Position numbers and translations under genes: made by a program. This document shows positions 1 to 14,162 of a stretch of DNA of 64,000 bases, piece by piece. The notes beneath the pieces are model-generated. The model had not been told where the DNA came from. It saw only the letters and a program-made list of their open reading frames with translations, and made no database searches. Position 1 is the first letter of the stretch; every line of letters begins with the position of its first letter. The DNA comes from Botryllus schlosseri. Lineage: Eukaryota. Location: the NCBI GenBank assembly GCA_051294905.1, contig CM119372.1:31498001-31562000 (forward strand). Direction: 5' to 3'.

Positions 1-80
1 ATAAGCTTTGCATTGAAAAGTCCACCATAAAATATCACTACTGCGAGGTAAGGAACGGTTTCAAATGCCAGAGTGGATTC
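1..80 (-). CDS. Probable further NLR exon continuing beyond the window (ESTLAFETVPYLAVVIFYGGLFNAKL...)
   Basis: Strong acceptor GCTTTTCACAG|GAA. Only the phase-0 frame is open, matching the preceding exon. Confidence 0.45.
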
Positions 81-1681
81 CTGTGAAAAGCAAATGTCTT
101 TGGATGCGTCACAATCTCCCGACAACAAACACATCATCGCGGCATAATCACTATATTCGCTACTCAGCGAATACATGAATAGAGGAACTAGAAATGCACA
201 GCTGTTATTAGTTTCGATTACAAATTAGCGATGAGGTTCAATTCACAATGCCCTAAAATATTTTACTGGGACGCGAGTATAAGTCATTCCAATGTGACAG
301 ATCAGGAATTTCCATTTCATTATCAATCCTTAAAGTTCTGATTTTGCTAGTTCCACAATGCGCTCGTCCAGAAAGCGGTTCTGGGTTATTGTGATATTTG
401 CTGCTAGTAATGGTTTCAAATTTCGGCGTAGCAAACCATTTGCATCACTACAGGGGTGGTCAACCTGTTTGCTGTTCACGGCCGCACTTCGAATACTTAT
501 GTAGCCTAAGGCTTCCTTCCAGTGCATAGTAGTATTGAACTAATTGAACGCCAAAGACCCATGTTAAACTGTCCAGTGTCCATGTCGATTTCCGATGAAC
601 TCCGGACTAATCTATTTATTCATATCTGCTTACTGTGGCATACACACCGAAATCTCGAGTAGTCAAGTTACTGGGATCCGCTTTCTAGCCTTTCTTCGAA
701 CATTTAGGGCAAGTTAAAAATGATTATGCATTTTCGGGTGGGTCGATTGTTATCAATCGTTACGTTGCATGCTGTTATTTCATGACCTCCCATCAGGATT
801 GTCTGTATAATGGAAATTTTTTGGAATAGCCCAATCGTACCAGAAACAAATTTCTTTCGTGGGGAGCTCACGATTTCAAGTAGGCATTTCTTTATGGGGC
901 GCATCATTTCCCTTTTGGGTTCGTATCGGTACTGTGGGGCTCAAATTGCAAAGGTTACTACTACGTTAAAACCTAAAAATCAAGTCGCAATGAAGCGCGC
1001 ATAGCGCGAAGAAAATTTTTTTGATTAAGCGATCAAGACACATAGCCGACTATTGTGATTCGTGATTACACGCCCTTGTGGTGATCGTTGGCTACAGAGA
1101 ATCATACACGATCAATATTCGAATATTCGAACTGTGGTGCTGGTACGTCGTGTGCAGTGCAATACACTTGGGAGTAGGGGGGCTCGAAATCGAAACCCGT
1201 CCTTTGAAAGAAAATGCCGATCCTAGCGCAATTCAGCAATTATTATGACGTTGATGCCTCCAATGTGAAGCACCGCATCTATAAACTGAACGGACCTGAG
1301 CTCTGTGAAATTGGTTGTTTTCCTAACGGCTTGCACATAACAGTAAGAGCTCGTCAGGTTAGTCAAGGTTAAACATCAGTGGTCTACCATAGCTGCCAGG
1401 AAGATTGTGTAAGGCATGGACTAAGTAGTTTCGTTAGAATATGGAGCATAGAAATGTCATATCATAGTTAGAACTTGTCGTTCCATTTTTCGTTCAAATT
1501 GTGGGTCGTGGAAAATAATACGTAGAAAATAATTTTTAGAAATAGGAATAATGGCCTGTTCTTGTAGTGAATTTTTGAAATGTTAAGAATGGACGGAATA
1601 ATCAACTATGGGAATATGTATAGGCGATTTTAATCATTAGCATCGAATGGCTATTGTATAAAAATATCCATGCTAACAAAC

Positions 1682-1840
1682 CGTTATGTTGAAATCCCCT
1701 TCAACAAAGTTGCCACTTATATTGATGACATCTTCTTCGTTTCTCAATTCAAAATCATATCCATCGATAGACAGCAAAGCAATCTGAATGTTCATCAGAT
1801 AAAAAGCTTCAGATCGCATCGCATCGATTACCGACCAAAT
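1682..1840 (-). CDS. NLR gene exon (IWSVIDAMRSEAFYLMNIQIALLSIDGYDFELRNEEDVINISGNFVEGDFNIT)
   Basis: Acceptor CGCTAG|ATT with an upstream CTAAT branch-like site, donor ACG|GTTTGT. 53 open codons, phase 0-0, degenerate LRR (INISGN). Confidence 0.6.
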
Positions 1841-2046
1841 CTAGCGACTTGATATCGCAGATACAGTGATTAGATTCCTGGACATGTGCAATATAGGAAG
1901 ACGGATATGCAACATTCGCTGAAATAGGCCTACTTGATGGCGGAAGTGAAACATTGAGCAGTTATATTGTTCTTCAACCGCATCATCAACCCAAATTGTG
2001 TCATTACTACTTGTAAGTACACAACGCATCATAAAATTGAACTCAC

Positions 2047-2151
2047 TTTCCAATCTAATTTTCCTGAAAGAGATTCAATCCGATGATGTCCAAGGAGTGA
2101 ACGAAGCACTGCTGCTGATAAATTGTTGTAACGTAAATTCACATTCTTCAC
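2047..2151 (-). CDS. NLR gene LRR exon (VKNVNLRYNNLSAAVLRSLLGHHRIESLSGKLDWK)
   Basis: Acceptor TTCCAG|GTG, donor AAA|GTGAGT, phase 0-0. Joining it to 10075 continues the 28-aa LRR register exactly. Confidence 0.8.
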
Positions 2152-2294
2152 CTGGAATAATCGACATATTTTTTCTACAATATTACATGTGCGTGAAAGT
2201 AAGTCATAAACGAAAAATCGGCGTCGAGACACAAATTCACTCAAGAATTCATTTACATGCCTCTTAAAGGATGATACATTTAGCTTACTTTACA

Positions 2295-2701
2295 TAGCGT
2301 TACCATATTTTGGAAATCTGGAAAGAGGACATTTTTTCAAACTTTTTCAGACTTGCAATACCGGAGGAAAATCTTGAATAAATAGTAAATTTTTCCCGAC
2401 TTAATGGTCGGTTAACCAAAAAAAGGCCATTTTTCCGGCTCAAATCCTGAATTACCGGCTTTCAACGAAATTTTCCGTTGGTTGATTAAAGAAAAGGTCC
2501 AACGATCGAAATACCCATCACAACGTTACTGAGTACTGATTTCCTATATTTCAGCCGAATTCTACCCTATATTTGACCAAAATATTCAAAAAAGAGGACA
2601 AATTCTCAAAATAGAGGACATTTGGGCGTCCTCCGAGGACACTTTCAAAAAAGTCAAAATAGAGGACAAATCTTCTTAGAAGTGGGCGTATGGTAACCCT
2701 A
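2295..2701. mobile_element. hAT-type MITE
   Basis: TIR TAGCGTTACCATA / TATGGTAACCCTA, perfect 8-bp TSD ACTTTACA, subterminal GAGGACA repeats. Confidence 0.85.
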
Positions 2702-2779
2702 ACTTTACATAGCGATATATGACATAGGCCTTGTTCTTGATATCAGAAGGCAGTTTTCGGGGCCAATGGCTCCTTAGGA

Positions 2780-3584
2780 CAGTGGTCCTCAACCTTTTTG
2801 TCTTTGCGGACCCATTTTACACCATCACGGACCCCCGCGTTTATTTCAAATTTAACCCAATTTATCGTGCAACCGTCATCTGTCTGTGTGCAAATACCAA
2901 TGCTAGTGATAAACAGCAACAAAAATGAGTTTTCTCGAAATTAACATCATACTATTTATGTAGAAATTGGGAAGACCTTCATTATTTCAAATTCTGTAGC
3001 TGCATTTCCTGAAATACGCGGTCGTGTCTTGAAAATAAACGCCGTTGATGTGACATGAATGAATGAGTGCCGAAAATCTATTTCCGCAAAGAATGACGTG
3101 GAATTACGTGACGAATATAGTAAGACGTAGGCCTACCGCTTCCGACGGCAACTTTGGGTATTATCGCAACATATGTCAAAATTCATCAAAATTGAGAAAA
3201 TGAACAAATAACTTCCTTCCTCGTCATTTCTATCTAGCAACTCATCTTGAAGTTATTCTGGAATAGCGGGTATATATATCATAAGAGAATATGAATTTTT
3301 GCAAAAATAAATTGCTCAAAACCCAAACAAAACATCACTAAAAAGAAATATGTTCGTATTAGTAGGCTAATGACAATTAAAATGAGTTTCCACAGTAGAA
3401 TATTTCATCCCAAACGGCCATTCTGTTTATGCGAGTCCTGGAGATTTATCAGTTATGAATTGAAACTGCCTCGTGATTTCTCTAATTTCCAAAAAATACA
3501 CATTAGGTTATCAACCATTTTGCAAGTTTAGAGGTTTCGCGGACCCACGAAATATGCTTCGCAGACCCTCGGTTGGAACCACTG
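2780..3584. mobile_element. hAT (Charlie/Buster-like) MITE, family M, inverted relative to 46804-47625
   Basis: CAGTGG...CCACTG ends and similarity along its length to the copies at 46804 and 50524. TSD not preserved. Confidence 0.7.
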
Positions 3585-3769
3585 TGATAGAATATGCATA
3601 TCCGATGAAATTTTATTTGGAGGGTGATTAGCATCTTATTTAATAATATTAGTGCCATTCATTTGTGAATTTTCATGATGGCCGGAATCGGTATTCTTGC
3701 GGTATCTGATACAAGTATTTGTGGGATTAAGACTGTGATTATCAAGAGGGTTTAAGATGCACATGTTCA

Positions 3770-4680
3770 GCGCATACGAACGACATTAATGCAAAACATA
3801 ATAAACATGGACGGATTTATACTGACGGCTCTAAAAACGACCACAGTTGTGGTGCAAGATTCTTTGTTCAGAAGGATAAGTAGGCTACTTTTACACCGTC
3901 GCTCTCCCACACCAAATTTCTCTATTCACTGCGATGATGATCACGCTCGAGATACCAAAGAGTTTTTTATGGGCCAATAACATATTTTGATCAGAACACG
4001 AAATAGCTACTTTTTTACACAGTCTTATTTCTATACCGGTCATAGCCAATCGACATAATGACAATGCTTTGATTACTGACATTATTGTTTCTTTCAGCAA
4101 TATATCGCAGCGCAGCATAACTATGCATCTTATATGGCTTCCCGGATACAGAGGAGTAGGCCTAACAAAGCATGCGGATAAGCTAGCAAAGAATGCATAC
4201 ATACTGTTCACGATGTCGAAAATATCTCATAGTCGATCAAGAAACTGCGATCGCTAATCGCAGATTAAACTGCCAGGAAATATGGAGTAATGAATTCAAG
4301 GAGTCAGATGACAATTCCCAATATCTCGAAATATTCGCTTCGCAAACAAGCGTGACAGCCTGCCAGATATCTTCGTGAGTAATCTCATCAATACTGATAA
4401 GACTGCAAACAGTCGGATGGACACCTGCACAGAATTGGATGTCAGGAGACATGTTCATGCGAGACGCGCGATATCCGTGAGACGGTGGAGCACTTTTCGA
4501 TTGATTGCGAACGCTATTAGACCCATCGCGATCACTTGACGACAGCGGCGAATCTGTTCATACCGTTTCGTATCACATACCTATCGCATATCAGATCCAC
4601 GGATTTTACTACCAGTGGCCGAGAGTTGTAAACGCAACGAATTTCAAGACTCTTAGACTTGATGTATAAGCCATATAGTA
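3770..4680 (+). pseudogene. Decayed 3' end of an RNase H-containing non-LTR retrotransposon (I-clade-like)
   Basis: Frameshifted YTDGSK, WLPGYRGVGLTKHADKLAK (RNase H) and a C-terminal ETVEHFSIDCERY zinc-knuckle-like motif. Confidence 0.75.
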
Positions 4681-4701
4681 GCTGTTTACTAGGGTTTTAA
4701 C

Positions 4702-7700
4702 CAGGGCTTTGGAGCAGTCGTAAATTTCAAACTGCTCCAGCTCCGGCTCCGGAGCTCTCTTCTATGATGAATTAGCTCCGGCTCCAAGCTCCGGAGCTCA
4801 TTGATACCACTGCTCCGGATCCAGCTCCGGCTCCGGCAACTATGTTTCGGTTGTAGCCGTCGCAAGGAACCGTCATATTTTGAAGGTATACAAAGTCCTG
4901 TGACGTAATAATTACTTCGTGCCATCTCTCGATGACGTCATATCCGAGAACGCAATTTACTTCATGCCATTGCATGTACATTGTACACATGATACAGCAT
5001 TAAAACAGTGACGTGAAGTTTTAATACCGTTACTACGCTCGTTAATATCAAGCCATACAGTCCAATTCAGCCTTGAAATGGTGCGATTCGTTCAGGTGTA
5101 ACTGCAGAAATGAGCGCATGTCGCAACCTTATCAGCAGAAATCCACTTTTTACCAAATATACCAAATGGCTTCAAATTAGATATTTGTGGGCTCGTTACC
5201 AGTCCGTCCGTCGCCGATCAAGTATAGTGCAGTACAGAAGGTTTACCTTCAAACGAATCGAATATTCTCACAGTGCCACTGACTATCTGGTGGTGCATCA
5301 ATATTTGAGCACTTAATTCAACGTCGTGCAATGTACAAGTCAGTAACCAATAATTAATACTGCAAGCACGCAAGTGACAATTAACAAGAATAGGAGTGTA
5401 ACAAGCAGACAAGAATTAATGCACAAAATTGATTACTAGAAATTGGAAAGCGCGCATCACTAATTGCACTCTTATATTCAACACCAGGGCTGTAGTGCGG
5501 AGCATGGACCGGAGCCGGATTGGATATCCGGCCAGATTTTTACAATTTTGGCCGGACCGGATCGGAGCCGGATCACTACTTTTTTTGATACGGCCAGAAT
5601 CTTTATGGATAAGCATGACTTTTATAACTAGATAATTACCAACCAACCACACGCAAGTAACCGCCAAGCCAGGGCGAACATAAACGAGGCATATTTTTCA
5701 ATTCACGGAACCCCCGTACCGTGTGGGGCCGGATTTCTGGCCGGACTTTTTCATTTTTGGCCGGAGCCGGATTGGAGCCGGACCAGAGAATTGAACAGCC
5801 GTATCGGAGTCGGACCGGAGAATTTGTCAATCCGCTCCGCACTACAGGGTAGGGTTCGGACACCGCATTGACTAGCTCGAATCGCGGCAATTGTAGGCTA
5901 TGCGGACTATAATAGCGATCTGGGGCGGGTTTTGAGTAGTCCGCGAGCTAATTTCCCATTATATTATCGAAATCCTGTTTATCGAAATTGAATTGCTCAG
6001 ATTGTGAACTTGCAAGGCCAACCAAATATATGATTAGTCTGGCCGCGACACTTGGGATGTTGATGACTAAAATATCTGTTCTGACGCATTGGCACTTTGG
6101 CAGATCCAGGGTCCAGTCACATTTCAAGTAAATCGTCGTACATTTACAATAATCTAGAAGAGTAGTAAAATTTTTCTTCACGCTTCGCGTGTTCAATTGT
6201 CACACGATTTCTTGCTTTGTAGCCTAACCCTCCTGAAAATGAAAAAACGCCTGATTTAGTCGAGTGAGTCTAACTATATTCGCAATTACGAGAGAAAGTC
6301 TTTTCGCGTTTGCGCTCGCAGAAAAATCGTCGACGATGAAATTTAGGCACAAAATGATTGTCGTATATTAGCGGAAATCTTCGATATCGATATGTCCAGA
6401 TGCCGAATAGTCCTGTCCTTACAAATTGAGCCCAGCGGGCGGTATACAGTCGACCCGCAATATACCTAAGTAAAAATAACATTAACTTTGAAAATTTTAC
6501 GCGCCTGGCGCGCCTAGTGGGCAGCGCACGCGTTCGTCAAGTTCATGTGGCGCTTTAGCCGAAAAGGTTGGCCACCCCTGGTCTATATAGATTACTAATT
6601 TACCCGTAGGTTAGTTATCTATAGTAATCTAGAGTCTGCCAGCCGTCAGTAACATCGGATGCAGCAACGAAGACATAGGTGTCGGCTTGTGACGTCATAA
6701 TGAATGCTTGTCAATTGTCGATAACATCATAGTTGCACGAGAACGCACTTTACTCCATGCCATTGCTGTGTACGGTATGAAAATTCTGATGCGGCGTTTT
6801 AACACTGGCACTGTACTCGTTAACATTAAACGATACAGCTCAATTCAATCTTTAAATAGGCGATTATTATTCAACTGTTACTGTAGTAAGAGCAATATGG
6901 GCGGAGATCACGACCTGATCAATTAAAAATTCGATTTGTACCAAATGGCCAATGGTTTGACGTTTGATATATAGGTGCAGTCGTTACCAGTCCATCCGGT
7001 GTCGATCAAGTTTATCGGAATTTATTATTTTCCCATTGAAACGAATCGAATAATCGTATTAAACACTGTGCCATGCACATTGCGCCATGTCCATTACGAA
7101 TTAAACTATGCAGTATGCAGTATGCACATGCACATTGCACATTTACTAGTCACAGTGAGCGATAATCCGCGAATACTAGGGTATCAAGCAGACATCAAGA
7201 ATGAATTTACGAAACAGATGATTACGAATTGGAAATCGCGTATCAAATCAGTAATGTGTCTCCGACATGAATACCCTGGGGTCCTGACATCGCATCGAGT
7301 CGCTCGCACCGCAACAATAGTTCGCTGAGTGTAACGTCGTTTTGAGCTACTCTTCTGCCATACCCGATTCACGATAGAAAATCCTTGCACGGGTGTGAAT
7401 GACGATCATGCGCAGCAAGGAATTCCAATTTGCATGCATAATTGCATACTCATTCACTAACACTGTCCAATTTCGCGGCCCGATTAACGAACTATCACGA
7501 AAGAACGAGTATTTGCTCATTCGATTCAGAGCAACAATGAGATGGAATTTCTCGGCTCGTGCTCGTCATATCGACAAGTGCAACGGAATCACGTTTTTAT
7601 CCTCTCTCGCATTTCCCGTAATACATAGTGATCATTATTTTCGAACCGTACAATTGACCAACAAGGTCGTGCTGATGAAGAAATTGCGGGTATGCCGAAT

Positions 7701-8356
7701 TCACAGGCATATCTAGAATACCGAGGTTCGGCATTCATGTATGAAAATTGAACATTGAACATATGACTGCTCTGCTGTTAAATCCCCAGGAACATGGTTA
7801 GTCGGATAAGGTAGCGCCAAAGAGGAAAAGATTCTAAATTTCGCGAAGGCCTGATTTTTAATTATGTGAACTCTGCAGATATGGTTGTTGCATGTATAAT
7901 TAGCATCATCTGAAATACGTCGGAGCCGGAGCTACCCCTGAAATAACTAGCTCCAGCTCCGGCTCCGGCTGAATTTGATATAGAGATCCGGCTCCGGCTC
8001 CAGCTCCGGTAAAAATGCAAGGCTCCGGGGCTCCGGCTCCGGCTCCAAAGCCCTGCCTATAATACAGTAATTACGGAATAAGGGCGGCAAATACAGCCTA
8101 CCCAGGTTTGACGCCTGTGTATAAACAGGGTTACTGGGTAGTTAGAATAGGTGGTGCCGAGGCAACAATTCTTATTTTTTTTGAACGATCATCGTAAAAT
8201 TAAGTGAAATTAGCCATCAGTAATAACAAAGCATTTTATGAAATATATCGGAGCCGGAGCTACTGTTCACAGAACCGGCTCCAGCTCCGGATCCGGCTCC
8301 TCTTGAATTTTATTCAGAGCTCCGACTTCAGCTCCGGCTCCGGCTCCAAAGCCCTG
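4702..8356. mobile_element. hAT MITE family P (GCTCCG repeats) with nested insertions, including a 5'-truncated second P copy ending at 8055 and a CCGGA-rich MITE at ~5490-5847
   Basis: TIR CAGGGCTTTGGAGC / GCTCCAAAGCCCTG, TSD GTTTTAAC/GTTTTACC. Inner segment 5914-6770 resembles the P copy at 60113-61389. Confidence 0.75.
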
Positions 8357-9060
8357 GTTTTACCAAATGACAAAAGTCAAGTTACCGGACCAGAAAACTG
8401 CCAATTCTAGGGAAATTCACGGGAAATGATGTTGTGATGACTATAAAAAGGTCGTTTTCCCAGTCCTACTCCCTAAAGACCCGCCGGAATATTCGCATTG
8501 CAGATTTTGCGTCATTTATGGCGTTTTTTAGTTCTGCCTGTCCATTATCCTGGCTCTCAAAGCAATAAAGAAGGACGTATTCCCTAAAAGGAGGAAATTT
8601 AAGCGTTCTCGGAGGACATTTTGATTTCCTGAAAAAGTAGGACAAATCCTCCTAGAGGCGGGCATATGGTAAGATGGTAACCATACTGCCAAGTGTCAAC
8701 CATATTACAGTAAGTAGGCTGCATGAGACAAGGATTAAAAACCCAAGAGCCTTCGAGACTGGTATTGGATATGTCCAGTGTCCAGTGTGGATTGTCTGCT
8801 GTGCTTATAAGTAATTTGTGAAGAGGTGTCGTGGTTCTTTTAGTGCTAACTTTGATCAAGCTATATATTGTTATCTATGATGTTCTTACAGCTATTACGA
8901 ATACTAAATCTGGTTTGGCATTGGTGACGAATAATCTGCTGACGTGCGGTCTGAAACGTGTCTGGAAAGCTATTCCGCTGTTAACTTAGTGAATATGAAT
9001 GCTTGGCCAATGAAAGTTGCAGAACAATCTGAAGTTCCTCCCGCGACGATTTTACCCATA

Positions 9061-9564
9061 CGAGGTGGGTGTATCATATATGATATGACAAGTGCTGCGT
9101 GTTTTGAAAAGCTGAGACTTTTCCGATGTATTTGGTACCTTACTCAAAAATTTGTGTTCGTAAAAATAAAAAATAATGAAAATTTGGTTATCACCTAAAA
9201 TTTCCAGATATTTTCCGAGTGGGAAATATTGACGGAAAATCTGCCAGAATATCAGAAGTCGACATGTACGGTATTCTGTGTAAATTTTCACCGTTTCAAA
9301 CATCAAAGCGTGTTCTGGAGAGTCTTCTGAGGGGGATTTGTTAATTTTGGTCATGCTTCAGTGATTTTCAAGATCTAGGTCAAGTTCAAGTGCAAATTCA
9401 GACGGCATACGAGTCATATTCAGGTTTACTATGCCTGCAAATGATTGGATATGACATAAGAAAGCATATCGCGTTGTTTTATGCCATAAACCGGACGGCA
9501 GGGGCCGATTGCGTCTTGATAATGAACTTGACCTTGATGACCACTTACTGACCACGCCCATTTG
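9061..9564. mobile_element. Tc1/mariner-like MITE
   Basis: Imperfect TIR CGAGGTGGGTGTATCA / TGACCACGCCCATTTG flanked by TA. Confidence 0.45.
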
Positions 9565-10074
9565 TACATTTTATATGTAGCCTATTTTCCATTTTTGTGA
9601 TCTGACGAACCGCGCGGTTTACAACCGTGGTTGACGGCTTGTTTGAAACCAGGCAGCAGTGGCTACGCACTGAAGCATCATATTTCTGTCTCTGACGCCA
9701 TCCCGAGGGTCAGCCTTGAAAATTGAGAGACAGAGAGATTTTTTGGGGGAGAAAGTTTGTTTATGTAAACTTATCAAATTACCCTAGACATGTCATGGGG
9801 TGTCGATCAAGGGTGGAATCGGTAGAGGGCTATACTCCGCCCACTTTTAAACTGGAATGGCCCGGATTCAAGTCTTGGTGTGGTCACAGTGAGAATTTGA
9901 AAAGTGAAGGTCAATTCTGCAAAATATGGCCCTACCTCGTAAGGGTTTATAGGATCCAACTGTATAATTGAGAAGGCATTACATCGCAAAATGCGACGGA
10001 CACGAATTTAATCAATTCAGAATACTCCTTTTTGTAGTTTTCCTACGAAGGTGCGGGATTTTGGGCATACGCAC

Positions 10075-10400
10075 CTTTATTCGAACCTTCAGACACCGTG
10101 CAATAATCAGCAGAAGCTCTTCGTTGATCTCACATCCCGCTAATTTCAAAGAGTCGAGACTTTCATTCCTTGCTGCAAGCGATCCAACGATATGAGCTTC
10201 ATCACGACTCAATGAAATACCAGATACATTGATTACAGAAAGATCTTCTATCAGATCTCCGTCGTCTGATTCATATATGGCTGTATACAATTCCATGCGA
10301 ATGAATCTGTCATTCCATCTGTCCTCCCATTTATTTTTCTCGTCGAGTTGCGAACGAATTGATTGAGCGAGAAGTTGCCGTTTCTTTGTCTGATCTGACA
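10075..10400 (-). CDS. NLR gene exon, linker plus RI-like LRRs (LSVINVSGISL...; LDSLKLAGCEI...)
   Basis: Acceptor CCGACAG|TG (phase 1; an alternative acceptor lies 6 nt downstream). Donor AAG|GTGCGT (phase 0). 28-residue LRR periodicity. Confidence 0.82.
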
Positions 10401-10620
10401 CTGTCGGGCAACAAGAAATGTAGTCATATTCATGCCGTTGTATGAAGTATTTTAAGAAGACTGACACTATGTATTTTGTCAACCACGACGAGTGAAATGA
10501 TAATAATTATAGCAGTGGTTGTCAACCGGGTGGGGGCTGAATTTCCCAGTCGGGGATTTCGTAATTTAATGGAATATGTTCATTTACTAGCTCCCAACTC
10601 GATATCTGCTCACTATTTAT

Positions 10621-12674
10621 CAGGGCTGTGGAGTCGGTGGAGTCGGAGTCGGAGTCTGGGTAATTTTCGCTTGATGGAGTCGGACTCGGAGTCGTGAAAA
10701 CTATAATAGCTGGAGTCGGAGTCGGAGTCGGAGCCGTGGGGAAAATACTGACTGGAGTCGGAGTCGGAGTTTGTGAGAATGACCCTGACTTCGACTCTGA
10801 CTCCGACTCCAACTTCTTCATCATGAAAACATTTGCTTTCAACGAATTTTCAATAGAATTTTTATGTACCACCAATCACTGTCATTAATAACCATACAGA
10901 TCAGGTGCGGCCAGCCCGTGGCACGCAGGCCTAATTTGGCACACGAGAAGGTTAGGTGTGGCCTGCGAGGTAATTCTCGAAATTATTTATGACATCAGGT
11001 AAAATTGCAAGGCCAACCAAAATTTGATTAGCATGACCGCGAAATTTGATGATGACTAAAACAACAGTTCTGACGCATTGACGTATCCACTATCCAGGGG
11101 CCAGCCACATTTATCCCAGATCTGCGTATATGACCATAAAGTAAAATATTTCATAGCAGATTTGTTTGACTTGAAATTTTCCTCGGTACTTCGCATGATT
11201 CATTGTCACTAGATTTCTTGCATTCAGTATTTGAGCCCCCTTCTGAAAATTAGAAATACATATTATTCACAGAATTGAGTCTAACTATATTCGCAATTAG
11301 GAGATAACGTGTCGTCCAACAGCGAGATCGTCGACAAAACATTTGCACAAAATGATAGAGGCATGTTCACTGATACCGTCGATTTTGCTATGTCTAAACG
11401 TCGAATAATCCTGTTCTTGCCGAATGAGCTCAGTGGTATGCAGATGCGACGCCCAATGTATGTTAGCAGCATATTCATTCATATAATTCAGTCATTATCT
11501 TGCGAAAAAATTTCGCGCTTGGCGCGACCAGGGCCTGGTTGCGCACTGCACAGTTGCATGACATATTGTTATCAATTTTATAGCGTATTAATATAAGTCT
11601 TGTTTGCAATGTTACCTAATTCGGTTCGCTCCTATCGGACGACTAAAAAAAAAGGCTATCAATATTCCAGTTGCCCGCGCAATTGTTCGTAAATCTCATG
11701 TGTCTCTTCGGCCGAAAAAGTTGCCCACCCCTGATATATACATAAAATCAGACATTAGTTGCAAATTACAACTCAGTTGCACAGGGGAAGAAATTCGCAA
11801 TATGCGTTTTTGCGATGCAGTCAAAATTGATGCAATTTTTGGAATTATACCATGAAACTGTGACATAGCAAATGCATCGGCTGGTTTTGTAAAATTGTAA
11901 AAATGATGTAAATATGACCAAACGATGCTTCCCACTTGACAAAATAAAAGATATTTATAGTGTAGCTTAGCTGTTTGGATCGAACAAATGATCAAGAGAG
12001 ACTGCAAGTCCCAATCCTTGAATAATTGATTCAGTACATGTAGACTAGATATAGGCTATGGTCTTTGACTATTTAACTAAATTCCATTTATGACCAATGT
12101 ATATTAGTAGTAAGAGTGTGTGTGCTTGTAATCAGTATAGTGTGCAATGGCAAAATTAGTAAGTTCAATCTCTTTATTAGTTGCTGACTCATACACAAGA
12201 GCTACACTTGGATTTTTATCTACATTTTTATTGTACAGGATTGGATATTTGCCATATTTGAATGATTCATGCATTTCAGGATATTAGAGAGTCCATGTTA
12301 TAAAAACTTGGAAAAGGAAGGATATTTAGCAAATCTTTCTTTCATGTGAATTGCATAGTGGATAATTCGAGCTGTGCCACAATGAAACAATTTAGCATGC
12401 CACCATTAATCATATGTTTGCGTGTGTTTAATGGTTGTATGATAGTCATTCAACCGACAATGTGGCATATAATTTTCGAAGTAAATTGGTAATAATGCTG
12501 GAGTCGGAATAGGAGTCGGTACGTTTAAAGACCTAGGAATCGGGGTCCGAGTCGGAGTCGTTACGTTTATAAACTCAGGAGTCGGAGTCGGCGTCGGCGT
12601 CGGTATATTGAAAATGTGTGGAGTCGGAGTCGGAGCCGGAGTCGGTGGTAAAATTTACCGACTCCGCAGCCCTG
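10621..12674. mobile_element. hAT non-autonomous element family G (GGAGTC repeats), carrying an internal older MITE (~10902-11733)
   Basis: TIR CAGGGCTGTGGAGTC / GACTCCGCAGCCCTG, perfect TSD CTATTTAT. Second copy at 33754-41133. Confidence 0.9.
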
Positions 12675-13007
12675 CTATTTATGGCCAGACATGCTCCGTA
12701 GCTGATATCTACGATATATTTGATTATATTTATCCAGTTACCACTCATGACAGCTTCATGTAAAACTTTATCAGATTTCTGCTCCCGAATTCGGTTATCA
12801 CAAATTAGCATATGATATTGCTGTATACGCTACAGACACGAACATTTGAAGATTTAGACGTCTACCAAATCTTATATGGTGCCGAAATTAATTGAGAATT
12901 ATAGTTCCAACTATCCGCATCAACTGAAAACGGCATGTAGTTACTGAAAATTGACATTTCCAGGATCACGCACATTACATAGTTTGGTCGATAGAAGTCC
13001 GAAGAAG

Positions 13008-13593
13008 CAGGGTTGTAATGACTCGAGTCATTACTCGACTCGTATCAGACTCGACTCGAGTCAGACTCGAGTCACGAATTTTTGATGACTCGACTTGACT
13101 CGAGTCATTTTCTCAAAATGCGGAAATGACTCGACTCGACTCGAGTCAATTTGTGTATTGACTCGACTTGGACTCGAGTCATTGAGCATGACTCGAACCA
13201 AGTCATATGACTCGGGATTCAGCCGGCCAAGACCGACATTTCATTGTAATTTCGAAGAACAGTAAAGTAACCAATCTATTGGGATTACGTCTATTGGTAC
13301 TGGTACTTGAAAATGCGACCAGAAACTGTTAAAAGTGAGGAAAATTAGTATATTATAAATGCGAACCATTCGATATCACCAAACAGAGTTATAAGAGTGG
13401 CTTCAACAAGACTGTAACTGGAAACTGAGCAGTCAACACAATGACTTGGACTCGGACTCGAACCTCTGCTCGATGACTTGGACTCGGACTTGACTTGGTG
13501 GTGAATTGAAAATGACTCGACTTGACTCGAGTCAAAACCGTAAAAATGAGAATGACTTGTGACTCGGAGCTTTGTGACTTGGTTACAACCCTG
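13008..13593. mobile_element. hAT MITE with GACTCGAGTC repeats
   Basis: TIR CAGGGTTGTAA / TTACAACCCTG, TSD CGAAGAAG. Inverted copy at 32173-42021. Confidence 0.9.
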
Positions 13594-14162
13594 CGAAGAA
13601 GACAGAATCATAGAAGTCGGATAGGCTATATTGCTGGTTCCCAATTTTTTTGTCCCTATAAGGGATTCGTCGTTATGAAGCCACGCCCTGGTGTTGGGGT
13701 GCCTGAAGTTTGACCTGCAAGACAGATTCTGTGCTGTTCATAGCAGCCTCTGCACTAAATTGATCACAACGTAATGTAACAGCAAAGGTATGACTATCGA
13801 ATTTGCACAATTATGATGTGGGTCTGAAAATGATGCATTCTCGAGAAGCGTTGAAATATAACGATTGTGAAGTATAAACATGTTATATTGAATATCAACT
13901 TTCATGGTGATGAGTAGCAGAGACAGTTTATGGTAATAATGTTAGTATACAACAACGCTGTGACATAGCGTTGAGAAATTACTTAAGATTACATTAAACT
14001 ACCAATGACGTATATTCTGTGATTTATTGTAATTACGATATTTCAAATATATCTCCGACTTGATTGTGACGATGCGATATAAATCATTTTACATTAAACG
14101 AATGTATTCGAAAAACCATCGGTGTTGAGGTAAAATATATTTACAAGACTCCGATTACGTAC

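Noticed and set aside
250..450. Possible extra LRR exon (KIRTLRIDN)
   Set aside because: No phase-compatible acceptor and donor pair was found for that frame.
10476..10888. ORFs with PTPTPT/ESESES/GVGVGV tracts (also 33563-34021 and 40820-41181)
   Set aside because: They are translations of the GGAGTC subterminal repeats of MITE family G, not proteins.
13008..13593. Regularly recurring GACTCGAGTC palindromes resembling a CRISPR or other array
   Set aside because: The units are 5-10 bp with irregular spacing, sit between TIRs and a TSD, have no unique spacers or cas genes, and are in eukaryotic DNA.
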